Shown: in pieces, positions 13,202-25,419 of the stretch
Position numbering within the stretch: the stretch's first letter is position 1
Layout of the letters: the number at the start of each line of letters is the position of its first letter
Assembly: GCA_963920595.1 (NCBI GenBank)
Contig: OY986948.1
Span: 3,410,001 to 3,474,000, forward strand
DNA from: Eimeria praecox
Taxonomy: Eukaryota
Direction: 5' to 3'
Length of the DNA: 64,000 nt
Notes under the pieces: generated by a model
Told to the model about the DNA's origin: nothing
Seen by the model: only the letters and a program-made list of their open reading frames with translations
Database searches by the model: none
Program-made: the position numbers and the translations under genes

Positions 13202-16200
13202 TCACCTGCCAGGAATCAGATACGTCCCTGCAGAGGTGGCCACAGCAATATCTGCACACGAGCTGATGTACCAGGGCCAGATTTGAGGAAGTTGGATAGG
13301 TTGCCTAAGCTGCACTCCCGCAAAGTGAATGTCGTGGCGGCCTCCACAAGTTTCTTTTGCAGTGGGCATTGTGGGGGGTGTTTGCCCCCTCACCCTTTCC
13401 AAGCATTCACTCACAGCGTCTGAGTAGTTGCTGACAATGGAGACGGGGAAGGACCCGTCAGCTCCAAAAAGAATAGTCAAAATGAACACAGATTCATAGT
13501 AAGAGCTGACAATGCAATGGTCAGCGAAACGCCTGAAACTAATGGATTTTCTGAGCCTGGAGTTTTCCTGCAGCGATAGCAGCAACGGATGAGCACACAC
13601 TGCAGCCCAAACCTGTAGATACTCAGCCACCAACTGCTTGCGTATGCACTAAAGTGCATACGCAAGCACACCAACCCAGCGCCTCCTACGGAGAACGTTT
13701 GTCCCACCCCTAAAGAGAATAGCGCTTGCGCTACATCCCATATAGCCCATGCAAGCGCCGGTGTCAATCCAGGGTAAAGGTTGCGGTACTGCCATATTAG
13801 GCGGTCGAGATGCAGAAGCTTCCGTCGAGGGCTTGATACAGACTCCAAAAACCGATACCACTGGGCGGCAAGCCTGCGGAACAACAAGCTGTGCGCAGCC
13901 GTTGCTACCGGTCTCGCGCGACTCAGAGCCCACCACTTCGTGAACAGCAGGAAGATGAAACACAAAATGTGAGAATCAAACGACGTATCCTAATGGAATT
14001 AACGGAAGCATAGCACGCCTGTATGTAGGCCTTACGCTGAAACCCAAACCCTAAACTCTAGACCTATCTAAGCACAAGAAAGAAACAAGGGCCAACGCTG
14101 CCTCATAACTGAGGGTTTCGTACCAGTGCGTGCTGAAAGTGAGTTTGATAGTGGCGTCAAGGACGCGTCTCTCTTTCTTCTCCAGCAAATGCCACTTTCT
14201 TTTGACAATGCATAGCAATTCATGTACCTCAAGCCGCTGCAGCAACTCATGGGCGCCCTCATCTGTGTAAAGCATACAGCACAAGACCGTCAAGCAAAAC
14301 AGCCAGGTATCCGTACACGAAGCACACAGGCTTAACTTGCCGCGCAGCCTAGAGGATGCAAGCGTTCATGCCGTTGTCCTTCCCACAAGTATCAATAAAG
14401 CATACTCTCACCTGATTCATTACTATTATTACCAATATCATGGCTCTCTCTGTCCGGGCCGCCCGCACCACTCGAGAGGCTGCTTGCGGGGGACTGCTCT
14501 AAGCCATCACGCAATTCAGCTTCGTGTCTCTCTAAACTGTTGAAGACGTCCTCAAGGAGCCTTTCGATAGCCAGTGCTCGCTTTCGTTGACTATCTGTCC
14601 AACTCACGCCACAGAAGCAGCAGCAGCCACTCTGCGGGGCCTGCAGCACCTGCGCTGCAATTTGAGCCGATGCCATGCCGCTCGTCCTGCTCGAAAATGA
14701 CAAAGGGCTGGAGAATGTATCTGCCCCAGCAACAGCTAAAGATGCAGCGTTTAACTCATGCGCTTGCGGAACGCCTTCGTGCGACTCAGTCAACAGGCGT
14801 GCCCAAATTGTATGGAGGCTCATGCTGCTTGGGGCCTCTGCTGGGGCCTCCGTGCCCCCACATCGTTCTGCTGAACCCCTCGCAGTCTCCGGATACAGGT
14901 GCTGCGGTGCTGGCGTCTGCCTCCAAGTGTCAGGTGCTCTTTCGTCCGGAATGGGAGAGTCCGAGGTGCTCCTGCTTGCGGGGATGAACCGCTGATCCTC
15001 AGGAATGGGTGCAGCTTCCTCCTGGACTTTCAGCAGAGCCCCGTCAAAGCCTTCCTCCGTCCCCGCCTCATCCGCGCTGTTCGCAATAACAGAAGCCGAG
15101 AGAAGACCAATGAAAAGGCCACGCCACAGACTGCTTTCATCTCGCTGGACAAGGAGACAGTCTTGCGTGTGTGCTGCCATTTGCTCCTGCGCCCTGGTGC
15201 TGCAACTTTTGTCATGGGCAGAGAGAGAAAACACTCACTGCACGTAAACAACGCCTGAGCGGCAACGGGGGCAGCGGAAGCCTCGTGAGAAATCAACCGG
15301 AGACGTACACCTGAAAACCGTCAGCCCACAATTGCTGCTGCACTCGTACGCAGTTCTACACTGTATCAGGCTTCTCGGTTTATCCCCACCTTTCACACAT
15401 ACACTTGAAGTCTTTTGCACCCTCAAGAAGCTGCCGCCTGTGTGTGGTGTTGCGCAGCATGTCATCTTCTGATAAGTACGTCAGCGTTACTTCATCTCCC
15501 GCTCTGTGCACATTCCCAAGCATCCCGCAAGGCAGGGTCCGTGTGATGGAGCAGCCGAGCATGCGGCAGCCGGCGTGCCGCCGCGAGAACCAGCGCACGC
15601 CGCCAGCATTTCCTTTGCTCAAGCCATCCGGGCCCTTACTCCAGAGCTATCTATTGCTGCGGAGGACTGCTGCTCGCGTGTACGGTGAACTGCACAGGAG
15701 GAAGCTGAACAAGGTGTACGCTCTTGCTTGAACTTAGTTGTTTGGGGGCCTCTCCGCACCTTATGGTGGCTCGGGGGAAAAAGCGGAAGTTGGAGTCGTT
15801 ATCCGTACACCACAGGGCGTTAGGAAGGCACGAGTGGGAACAGAAGGATGGCATAAAATAGATGGCGTACCCTTCAGGCGACTGGTGGTGCTCAAAGCAG
15901 TTGTGCAGCCACACCTGCGAAACACAAGCAGGGCTGGCTTCAGTGCGTTCCCTTCGGTTTACAAACAACTCGCATATTCTGCTAGCTGCCATCCTAAAGC
16001 CACTCACTTGAATCATTATTTCCATGTCAATGTCCTCAACTACTCCGCGCAAGCCCATGCAGTCCACAAGAGTAACCGCTGCGAATGCATCATCGTCCAG
16101 CGCAGAAGGACTCGCAGCAACAGCTACCTCAGTAGCAGCAGGGAGCACTCGGCCTATGGACAGTATGCACACCCAGTTTGATTTGCTTTACCTTCAGAGC

Positions 16201-16741
16201 TGGGCTTCACCGCGTCGGGTATAAAGAGGATGCGGAGCAGGTCATATTGGCGGCGGCTTATGGCCTGCAGGCCGTCTACTGGCCGATCTCTGCCCTCCAC
16301 CAAAACCGAATTAAGGGCACACCAGTACCTGCATAGACAAACGGCATTTTTGAAGAGGCGTTGCTTTTGTTTCACATTACTGCAGCAAACAGTCAGCCAA
16401 CTGATTGCAGCGCAACAGCAAGAGGTGCAGCTGCTGAAGCAAAGAAGGAAAAATGTGTTCGGCTGGTTCTGAGATCACCAAATAGCTGGATGCGTGAAGG
16501 CGTGCTCCTCGCAGAGCCGTATCAACTTGGTGCACACGAGGTTATCGAGGTCAAGGCGGACTGCATGCAGTGGTGGCTCTTGAAGAATAAGCTCGCCGAC
16601 TTGAAAGGACCGGTTGGCTCGCAGAGTGCGCCCCTTCAACGGATCAAGTGTACATACAAGCTTGCCTTGGTGGTGCTCGGCGCAGTAGTTGTTTATGAGG
16701 GCTGTTGACTCTGCCACAGACAGTAGCGAAGGCCTCCCCAT
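13202..16741 (-). CDS. SET-domain lysine methyltransferase, SMYD/AKMT-like, multi-exon (3' end approximate)
   Basis: N-SET KGRTLRANRSFQVGELILQEPPL; VWLHNCF..SFCSHSCLPN; GDEVTLTYL; post-SET FKCMCERC followed by RGFRCPRC; C-terminal helical exons (YPGLTPALAWAIWD, YYESVFILTILFG). Confidence 0.85.
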
Positions 16742-17405
16742 CTTCTCTTGTCCACCTGATCCCCTCTATCTGTACCTCATGACAGCCTACAGGACAGCCA
16801 GATCAGCTGCAGGCACATCTAAAACTCTAAATCCTACACACCAAACCTTAGACACGATATGCCGTGAGTAAGGAACGACTAGCCAACGGGGGCGGCAAGC
16901 AAGGATGAGAGTCTTCTCGGGTCCGCCGCATGCAGCAATGAATGTTTCAAAAAACGGGCAAATAAACAATGGTGAAGTCGTCAACCATACTCTCAATAGT
17001 ACCAAACCACTCAACAGACTGTGGGGCTGGATTGCTGTAATGGCGGGGCGAGTCCAAGAACATGGATCCCTGACAAGTGCGTTTGTGAGTTGTCTGTTGT
17101 TTCCCGTAGCTTATTTAAAGCACTTTTCATTAAGTGATACTTCTGGAGAAGGTGTAGTGAGCCGCAAAACCTCAAAAGAGAGGTTCAGGTGCCCCTGACT
17201 GGCACCGCCGCTTCGCGAGGCGCCGCCACAGCTGACGAAACTTCCGCTTCGCGTTGATGAACTACACCTCGTTGTTATTTCTGTTTTGCCAAAACTATGC
17301 TCTATTATCCGTTTGTGTAAATGGGTTGAGTTGAGACTTGGGGCTGAGGTGCCGCCTCATCGAAAGGCCACAGACACACTGCAGTGCGAACCATGTCGTT
17401 TTGAA

Positions 17406-18191
17406 ATGGCATCGCAGCATGAGCTCGTGCGAAAAGGTCTTGTGCTTATTTTCTCGGGGCCTCCGGGATCAGGCAAAGGGACATACGGAAAGATATTGGC
17501 CGAACGCTGGGGAATACGTCATGTGTCCATAGGCGATCTGATTAGGGCAAAGCTCGCCGCCTGCACTTGCCTGAAATCGGGAGGCGGATCGAAAGACGGC
17601 TGCCCTCTTCAAGACAACGAAGCCTTTCAGCTAAACAACATTCGTGTTGAACAGGGCCTTTTGATCCAAGATGCCGTTGCCACCGAGCTGTGCAAACAAC
17701 ACATCAGCAGTTGTGCACAGCAGACCTCATGGATCCTTGACGGCTTTCCCCGAACTATGCAACAGGCGGAAGCGCTTCGCAGCTTCGCGCGGCCACATGC
17801 ATGCATTAATTTCCACTTACCTGCTGCAATCCTTCTAAAGAAGCTCTTGGGAAGGCGGCTTTGCACAACTTGCGGGGGGAATTTCAACGTCGCCGACATC
17901 TACAATCCACCGTTCATTCTGCCGGCTATCTTGCCCAAAGCAGAATGCGTACATTGCGGGGGGAAGGCGCGGCTAGCCAAGCGTAATGACGACACAGAGG
18001 AAACTATACAGAAAAGACTTGACGTGCACAAGCAGCTCACAGCACCCATGTTGAATTACTACGAAACGGAAGGCGTGCTGCTGAATTTCGAGGTTGTCAG
18101 GGGTATTCAAGATATCCCTCGACTTGAAGAAGCAATTATTTCGTTTTTGCGCAGGAAACATCATGAAATGCGATGGTATGGCATTCAATAG
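17406..18191 (+). CDS. Adenylate kinase family protein (intronless), Cys-rich LID
   Basis: P-loop GPPGSGKGT, HVSIGDLIR, WILDGFPRT, LID RRLCTTC..CVHC..RNDD; gaaATG at 17406. Confidence 0.95.
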   Translation: MASQHELVRKGLVLIFSGPPGSGKGTYGKILAERWGIRHVSIGDLIRAKLAACTCLKSGGGSKDGCPLQDNEAFQLNNIRVEQGLLIQDAVATELCKQHISSCAQQTSWILDGFPRTMQQAEALRSFARPHACINFHLPAAILLKKLLGRRLCTTCGGNFNVADIYNPPFILPAILPKAECVHCGGKARLAKRNDDTEETIQKRLDVHKQLTAPMLNYYETEGVLLNFEVVRGIQDIPRLEEAIISFLRRKHHEMRWYGIQ

Positions 18192-18512
18192 GGAGGACGA
18201 AGTTCCGTCAAATGGATGCTTGGTGACGAACTCAGTAGTTTTGGCCGTTGCAGATTTGTATCTTTTGTTTTTTCGTTTATGTTTGCAAACACTCGTGAAG
18301 CTGCCGCTCAAATTCCGTAGAAAACTTGGCTGCTTTCTGCGCATTTGGGCCCGTCTATTTCAAGGCCGTTGAATCCATGTTCCGCCGTCCAGCGGGGTGT
18401 ACACACAGGTCAGGTTTCTCAACGTATTGCCATCTCAGGAATGGAATATGCACTTGGCTAGAAGGTGCGTGGGGGATCTGTGGGTGAACTGAACGCCAAT
18501 TGCCACTTGAAA

Positions 18513-19692
18513 ATGCATTTCGGGCTGCTGGTGCTCGTTGGCCTGCCACTTGCCATATCCAATTCCTCCGAAATTTCGCAGCGATCCGGCAGAATCCGCG
18601 CTGCTCACGAGGAGGGCATTCGACGTTTGATCGAGAATGAAGGGCCGCAGCACAGATTTGCTTTGCCAGACGTAACACCAAGCGGTGAAAGAGAGGAGCC
18701 GAAATGTATGTATGAAACCTGAAACTTTGACAGCCAGTTTGTGCAGCGTCTACTGTTCACGACCCGCTGCAGCTTCAGGACCAACTTTGCCGAAATTTGT
18801 AGAAGGTAAGCACCAACTTAACTTCACTTCCTTTGCCGATCCTCATTTGGACGATCACAAGTCCCCAGAGAAGAGTACGATGACTTCAAAAGATCTGTGA
18901 GGATCGCAGCTGCAGCTCGTGGATCCTGTTCATGGCATTAGACCCCTCAATAGGTCCAGGCCCTCACGAAATTGCTGAAGCCAGAAAGTGTAAATGCACT
19001 GAAACGGCTTACATCCACAATTGTAAACGAGACGAGAGAAGCTAATGTCCGGAGCTACGGTTTTCCTGCTGACAAGCTGACGGTCAGTACGCGGCGCATA
19101 TCAATAAGGAAAAGCACGGCTCATGCATGCATGAAACCTTGCAATTCTACAAACATGAGAGCTCCTTGTTTCCAGACTTTTCCGCAGCCTGCCTCTTCAG
19201 TTCTTCCTTCCTGGCCAGATAATATGGAGCCGAACAGCGCCAGCCCCTCGTGGGTTGAACAATTCCCCTCAGTTGCCACAACAGTGCCGCTGCAGCAGCT
19301 GATGCCCTTGCAGCAGCAGCAGCAGCTCCTACAGCAGCAGCTCGCAGGCATCTCTCAAGCGTCGGAAGTTCCTGCCCCCGCCTCCGCTTACTTGCAGAGC
19401 ACGCCTACAGCGCAGGTATTGTCTTTTTAATGGACGGAATTTTGTCTTGCTGGCTGCGTAGACACATATTCTTTGATTACGATGCCCCCTTCAGGAGCTC
19501 AATTTCAGGCAGTTCCCCACAGCTGCATATCAGCCGATGCCCTATATGCAGCCAGCTTCAACTGCGGCTTTTGCCTCTGAACCGTGAGGTTTTTGTTGGC
19601 TTGTTTTTGGCGTTTGTTTGGGTGTACGCAATTCTCCATGCTGCAGACCCCTCGAGTTCACGAGTCCCCTGCAGCTCGGTGCATTTGAATAA
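18513..19692 (+). CDS. Small multi-exon Pro/Gln-rich hypothetical protein with predicted signal peptide
   Basis: gaaaATG gives MHFGLLVLVGLPLAISNS; the last three exons splice in phase (..STPTAQ|ELNFRQFP..ASEP|PLEFTSPLQLGAFE*); middle exons uncertain. Confidence 0.55.
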
Positions 19693-21854
19693 GAACGACG
19701 TTTGATTAATTGAAGTTGCAGCCAGCAGTGCTCTGCAATGTGCATACATCGGTAGACAGAATCTTGTCTTGATGCCATCAGGACACTGCCTACACATATT
19801 TGCACTTAGGGACTGGAAGCGTTCAGTCATACTCCAGAGAGCCAACACAGCTCGCGCACGGCAGCTGCAGCTTGCTCTTTACATGTTTCCAGCGCTTTTC
19901 AACTCACCTTGAGGAGCCGTAGGGTTCAGCTTAGGGCTTAGGGCTTAATGCACGTTTGAACACCTTGGCATTGGGGGTTTAGTTCACTTGTAGGCTAGTA
20001 ATAATGGCAAAACGATAGAGGTCGCTAGACCGGAAATAGAAGTGAGCGGGTTTTTTCTTCCCCATTCAGGCCTTCTTTGCTGCTTTCTGCTGTGAATGTG
20101 TGTGCACGCTGATTCTCACTAATTAGTTTTCTTGGTTTCCTACATCACTGCCCAGCCCCTTCAATTGCTTCTTGCTTACCCCTTTTATGGCTGTTTCTTC
20201 CCTCTGGTGCTGCCTCTATGGGTTCTCTTGGCTATGATCGATTTAGTTTTCTCTTTCTGTTACTTTTTGTATTATTTTTTGTGACTGGGGCTTCTTATTC
20301 ACTTGTATTGCTTGCACTGCGTGCGAGGCGTCTCCACTTTATCTCCAAGTAGCTTGGCGAAGGAGCGAAGCGGCTTCAGTCAAGGATATGAAGGAGATGG
20401 CCTTAACACCCCTGAAAGCGAGACAAAGAATTAGCTTTTGCCTCAAACAAGCCCAATAATAGACCATACACCTGCTCAAGCACTTTACCCAGCAGTTTGG
20501 CGTAGCAGCTGCTCTTCGTTGCATCTTCCTTTTCACCAGTTGTATACGAAAGTGAACTGCGGCTTATACGACTGCAACTATCTCGACTTTCCTTGCATGC
20601 GGCTGCCTTTAAAGGCAGCACCTCAAATATATGCTTGGCCTAAGGGGCCTCTTTTTAAGGCTTTTCGTGCGCACAGGACGAAGCGCTTGACTCTGTTGCC
20701 TCCTGAAGTATAAGGACAGGTGCGAATGCGAAACATGAGGTGGATTTGTCAAAAACAATGAATTAAAGACGTTCGAAGATGCCGAGACTGCTGGGAGCAG
20801 TATCGGCACTGCTACGAGCCGGGTTCTGCTGCGCTAAGCAACAGCGGAGGCTGTTTGTTGGCTTTAGCGAGAACCGTCACTTGACAAGTGAAGCGATTGT
20901 ACCATATCCGTTTTAATTTAGTTTGCCTGCCTATTTAGAGCTCCTTTTTCTGTCTGGCCGCTCGGGCACGAACCCTCATCGTGACCACTCGGGCCGGGCA
21001 GTCCGGAGCTCACGAAAGGGGAGTCCAAATACTCAAAGGTACATCAATGGACTACTTTTAAGTGCATTAAAACACAAAACCGAAAGAATTTCATGGCTGT
21101 TAAAGGCTATTGTGTGTAGCGTGCCGTTGTCGGCAATTTCTGCTGCAGCAGCTGCTGCTGCCGACTCCGCGTCTCTCGAGCGGGGGAAGGCGTGCAGGCC
21201 GACGGCTCCCGGAGGCTGCCTTCAGGTTTGCTTGTTTGTTAGCACTTATTAATTTCATTAAGGCAGGAACGCAAAGTGATGTGTGCAGGCGTAAATGCAA
21301 GCAGGAAGGCAGACACTGCTGGCAAGTGGTACAGACAGCCGACGCCCCTGTGGGAGGGAGGCTGTCCGGCGCCCGTTGGGGCCTCGGATTTCCAACACCT
21401 CCGCTGAAGTGAAAAAGGCCATTTAATTGAAAATAGTAACATAAAAGCATAAACAAAGGGAGAACGCAGAAGAACACTTCATTTCACTTGAGGACCGTCG
21501 CAGCAAACGGGGGGTAGGGTTTCGGCGGGCGACGGCGGGGCCGGAGCGGAATGCATCAGCAATTCCATGAAACCTACGAAGCAGCAAGTGCAGTCTGTGG
21601 TGTCCAAGCATTCCTTATTTGACGACTGTTTAATGCCACATCTCCCTTCAGTTTGCCGCTACTGCGTCGTGTGTACCGTCTTCGTCCCCTTAGCTGAACT
21701 CGTGCATCAGCACCAGGCCGCTCCCGATCCTCAACGATGATTCAATAGCTGCCCTGCTCCCCTTGTTCGTCCTTCTCCTTTTGCTGCTACAACCGCTGCA
21801 ACAGCGGCTGCCGCTTGTCTAGCAGCGCCAGGGCCCGGCTTTCCTCTCGCGGCC

Positions 21855-24800
21855 ATGTGGGGGGCCGTTGAGGCAAGCCACGAAAGCCCACCTGAGGGTT
21901 TCACGGGAGGAGCTCGCAACGGTTTTGCGCTGCAGACTGCCGATTCAGGCAGCAGTAGCAGCGGCGGCAGCAGCAGCAGCCCCAGCCGGCACCAGGCTTC
22001 CTCGCAGCCCGCCGGCTCCTCCCGCCTCGGGACAGCCTACCGCTGCCTCAAACAGTGGGTAGAAACCCTGCTTGTTACAGGACTCAACCCTACAGTTGGA
22101 CACCTCTCCAGGGCTTCTGCAGCATCCTCAGGGGCTGCTTCAGCAGCAGCGGCAGCAGCTTATCCCGCAAACGGCAGCCCTACAGCATCAACCAAAAGCA
22201 AGCGGGAAGGCAACCACGTATGTTCGGACTTTAGCCGCTCTTGCTGCTCTTCTGCCACTCCCTTCAGCCGGGATGTCTCGCCTGATGTTGGGAGACCCCT
22301 GAGGCGGCCTCAAATGAGTTCTTCCGTGGGGCGCCCCCGTGAAGGCCCCCCAATCCCGGCTTTGGATTCGCTGTCTGAGAAATGTTTTCTGCACCGGGCG
22401 GTGCGGAGTCAGACGGGCTCCGCCTACCTACCGTCTCGCCTCCCAGCTTCGTGTGCGCGTAGACCTGAGGAGAGGCCTTCTCACGAGTGCAGTGACTTGT
22501 GCGGGCGTCATTTTGCCTCCAAAGATTCGTCTAAAGAACACGAGCTAGGTTGCGCAGACATATGCCCGGGGATATGCCCTCCGTCGAGTGTATGTACACC
22601 CCGGGATCCGGTTCTGTGCGTTGCCGAACCCGCTGCGCCCTCTTGTAGAGCAGATGCAGATGCTTCAAATGTGCTACCCAAGAGTGTGGCTTCAGTTGCA
22701 TGTGCTTCGCAGCCGCCTGATGGGGCCCCATTAAACCGCAGGCAGAGCAGGGCTTCCCTTCGGGGCCCGTGTCCTTGGGGTCCCCAGACGGTCAGTGCAG
22801 GCTTAGAGGCTGCTCCTGTCCGCAAGGCTGCCTTCTTCCCGTTTGGCTCGTCTCGAGTTCGGTGGGAGGACGTGAAGGCCGCAGCGTCTTCGGAAGGTCC
22901 TTCAGGGGCCCCCTGTGGGGCACCCTCGGCGGGGGCCGGGAGGACCCTAGTAGTGGACGATGCTGTAGCTGACGGCGCAGAGACCTGCTGGCGCGGGAAA
23001 GCCAACCGTTGGCAGCGGCAGGGGCTTGCGGCTGATACCACAGGGCCCCTGGGCCCCCCTCCATGCAGGCGAACAGTGGCGGGGGAGGTGACATCTTCCG
23101 GCGCAAGCAAAGGCGCATGTGCAGATCTCCTCCGCGGCTCTACGCGAAGCCCACGGGGGCTGCAGTCTGTGGAGAAGCTCCTGTGGCGCATGAAGGGGAA
23201 CTTCTCGTCTACCTTCCGGTGAAAATTATTGTTCATCCTGCTGCGCCTGTTGATTTGTTTTCTTGTGGCTCATCACTAGGCAGCCACTCAGTTGCTTGCT
23301 TCCTTCTTGGCACTCAGCGGATCTGCTGAGGCTGCCGCGAGCGCTTGGTTCTGCCTGCTGCTTTTGCTCCTCCTGTCTTGTTCTGTTGCATCGTGGGTGT
23401 CTTACTTTTCACCTTTTGTTGACACCCACTTTCTTGCCTTTTCATTCAGCTCTTTTTGTCCTGTGTCTCACGACTTGTTGTGTGCGCCGTTTTCTCGTTG
23501 TTGAGCATTACTGATAGATGACATTGTTCAAAGGGTGTTATTGCTGTTTGTTGGAGGCTTCCTATTGATGCTTGCCACCGCCATACTTTCATTCACAACA
23601 TTGTTTGTTTTACTACTTCCTTTTCTCGGTTGGGGGATTTCGTAGTTATTTTCAAGCCAGCTATCCCTGTGCTAACGTTTCTGGCAACTATAGCTGAAGG
23701 TTTCTCATACATAAAGGATCGATTCGGCTTGCTTTCACAGGCTCCTCTTCCTCCCGCCAGCCTTAACACTTGTACTTGCCCCGTTGGTTCAAGTCCATTC
23801 GCACTCCAGCAGCTGCATCAGTAGCCCGTGTGGGTTTGCGCGTTTGTTCTGCTGGTGTAATAACAATATGTGAAAATGGTACTGTAGCTGCTGATCAGAT
23901 GCTTGCATAGGCGCCATCTCAGCAGCAGCTGCAACAGCTATAACACCGTGGTTGCTTATTCATCGGGTTATCAACTGAAATACCAACTCTCCATATTCAT
24001 TTAAGCAGCAGCTGTAACGACGTTGGGTATGAGCTGCATTACCAAGACCGGCAAAATGGGCACGGATGCATGCAATGCAGAAAGTGACTGGCCAGCTGTT
24101 CTTGGAACGGCTGAAAGTATTCTGTTTTTCGGTTTGTCTTTGGTCATCGCTTAATACTGTTGACTTTTGGGTCTTGTGTATTGCTATTTTGCATGCAGGA
24201 ACTGCTTGCGCACTTATGGCATCCGTATTTGTGTTCTTCTTATACAAAGTTGCTGCTATTCGTCTCATTGTTTGTTGCTGGCCTGCTGATGGTCTTGCTG
24301 CCAGGCTGCACCTGTTGCAGCTGCCCTTTAATGATTATTTTAGGTGTTTGTGCGGGCAGCGAACAACCCAGGCGGTTTCCATCATTCCGCGTTTTTCATT
24401 TATTCATGCGTGTGCTCCTTGATTTGGTTAGCCTCGTGAGCTAAGCAAATCAAGGAGCCGCAGTGTTGTGTTCAGCCGGCGCATCAGGCCTCAAAGTTGT
24501 TCATTTTGTTGTTTGGTGTGCAGCAGCCGAACCAGCGGGGGAGACAGCCGTCTGCACTCCTCCCACGAACACCCTGTCAACCAGACAGCAGCCTCGGGGG
24601 CAGCGCGAAGCAGCATTTACAAGGAAGATGGGCTCGTGCACGGCATGAACAGCGTTATGAGCGTTCGCTTCAGCAACGCCAACAGCCGCAGCAATACCCA
24701 CACCCACGCCCAGATAAGCAGTACCAACAATGGCAGCAGCGGCAGCAGGAGCAGCAGCCTTCTCAAGAATTCTCCTCGCCATCATTTCTCTCTAGTCTTC

Positions 24801-25368
24801 GAAGACCCCGAAGTGGAGGAGGCCTATGGAGAATTCCTGAGGAAGGCACGAGCGAAACGTTTGGTGGTGGTCGGCATATTGACAATTATCTTGAATACTC
24901 TCTACGACTTACCCGAATGGACGGCGTTGTTTAGCTCTCCTCTGATGGAGCAGAATCCCTCTGGAGCCTCAGAACCCCTCACTAACACCTCCAGCCTACC
25001 AGCAGAAGCAGCACCTGCAGCAGCAGCAACAGCCTCGCAACATTTGCATGCGGAGAGCCTCTCCGCAGGGCTGTCATTGGCTCTGGACGTCATCGAAGTG
25101 CTGCTACAGGCTCTGCTGGCTGCAGCTGGCTATCTGCCGTTGCTCAAGAGGCACACAGAACGAGCCGCTGTTTCCCTGATGTTATCTGCCTTCTTTTTGA
25201 GCTCCATACGCCCAGCTTCCCTCCTTCTCAAGGCCAACCAAACAACGCCAGTGGGCCTCCCTTCCTACGAGGAGGTAACCAGCATATTTCTGCATTCACC
25301 TACTTTCATATTTCGGCTAGTTGCTCTTATAGAAATCCATGTATTATAGATGATACAATATATATATA

Positions 25369-25419
<51 letters not shown>

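Noticed and set aside
21855..23222. 455-aa ORF as an independent gene
   Set aside because: A donor at 23219 splices in phase to 24524, so it is better explained as PDE exon 1.
22508..23236. 242-aa antisense ORF, and others such as 26052-26681 and 29401-29973
   Set aside because: Shadow ORFs opposite GC-rich PDE exons.
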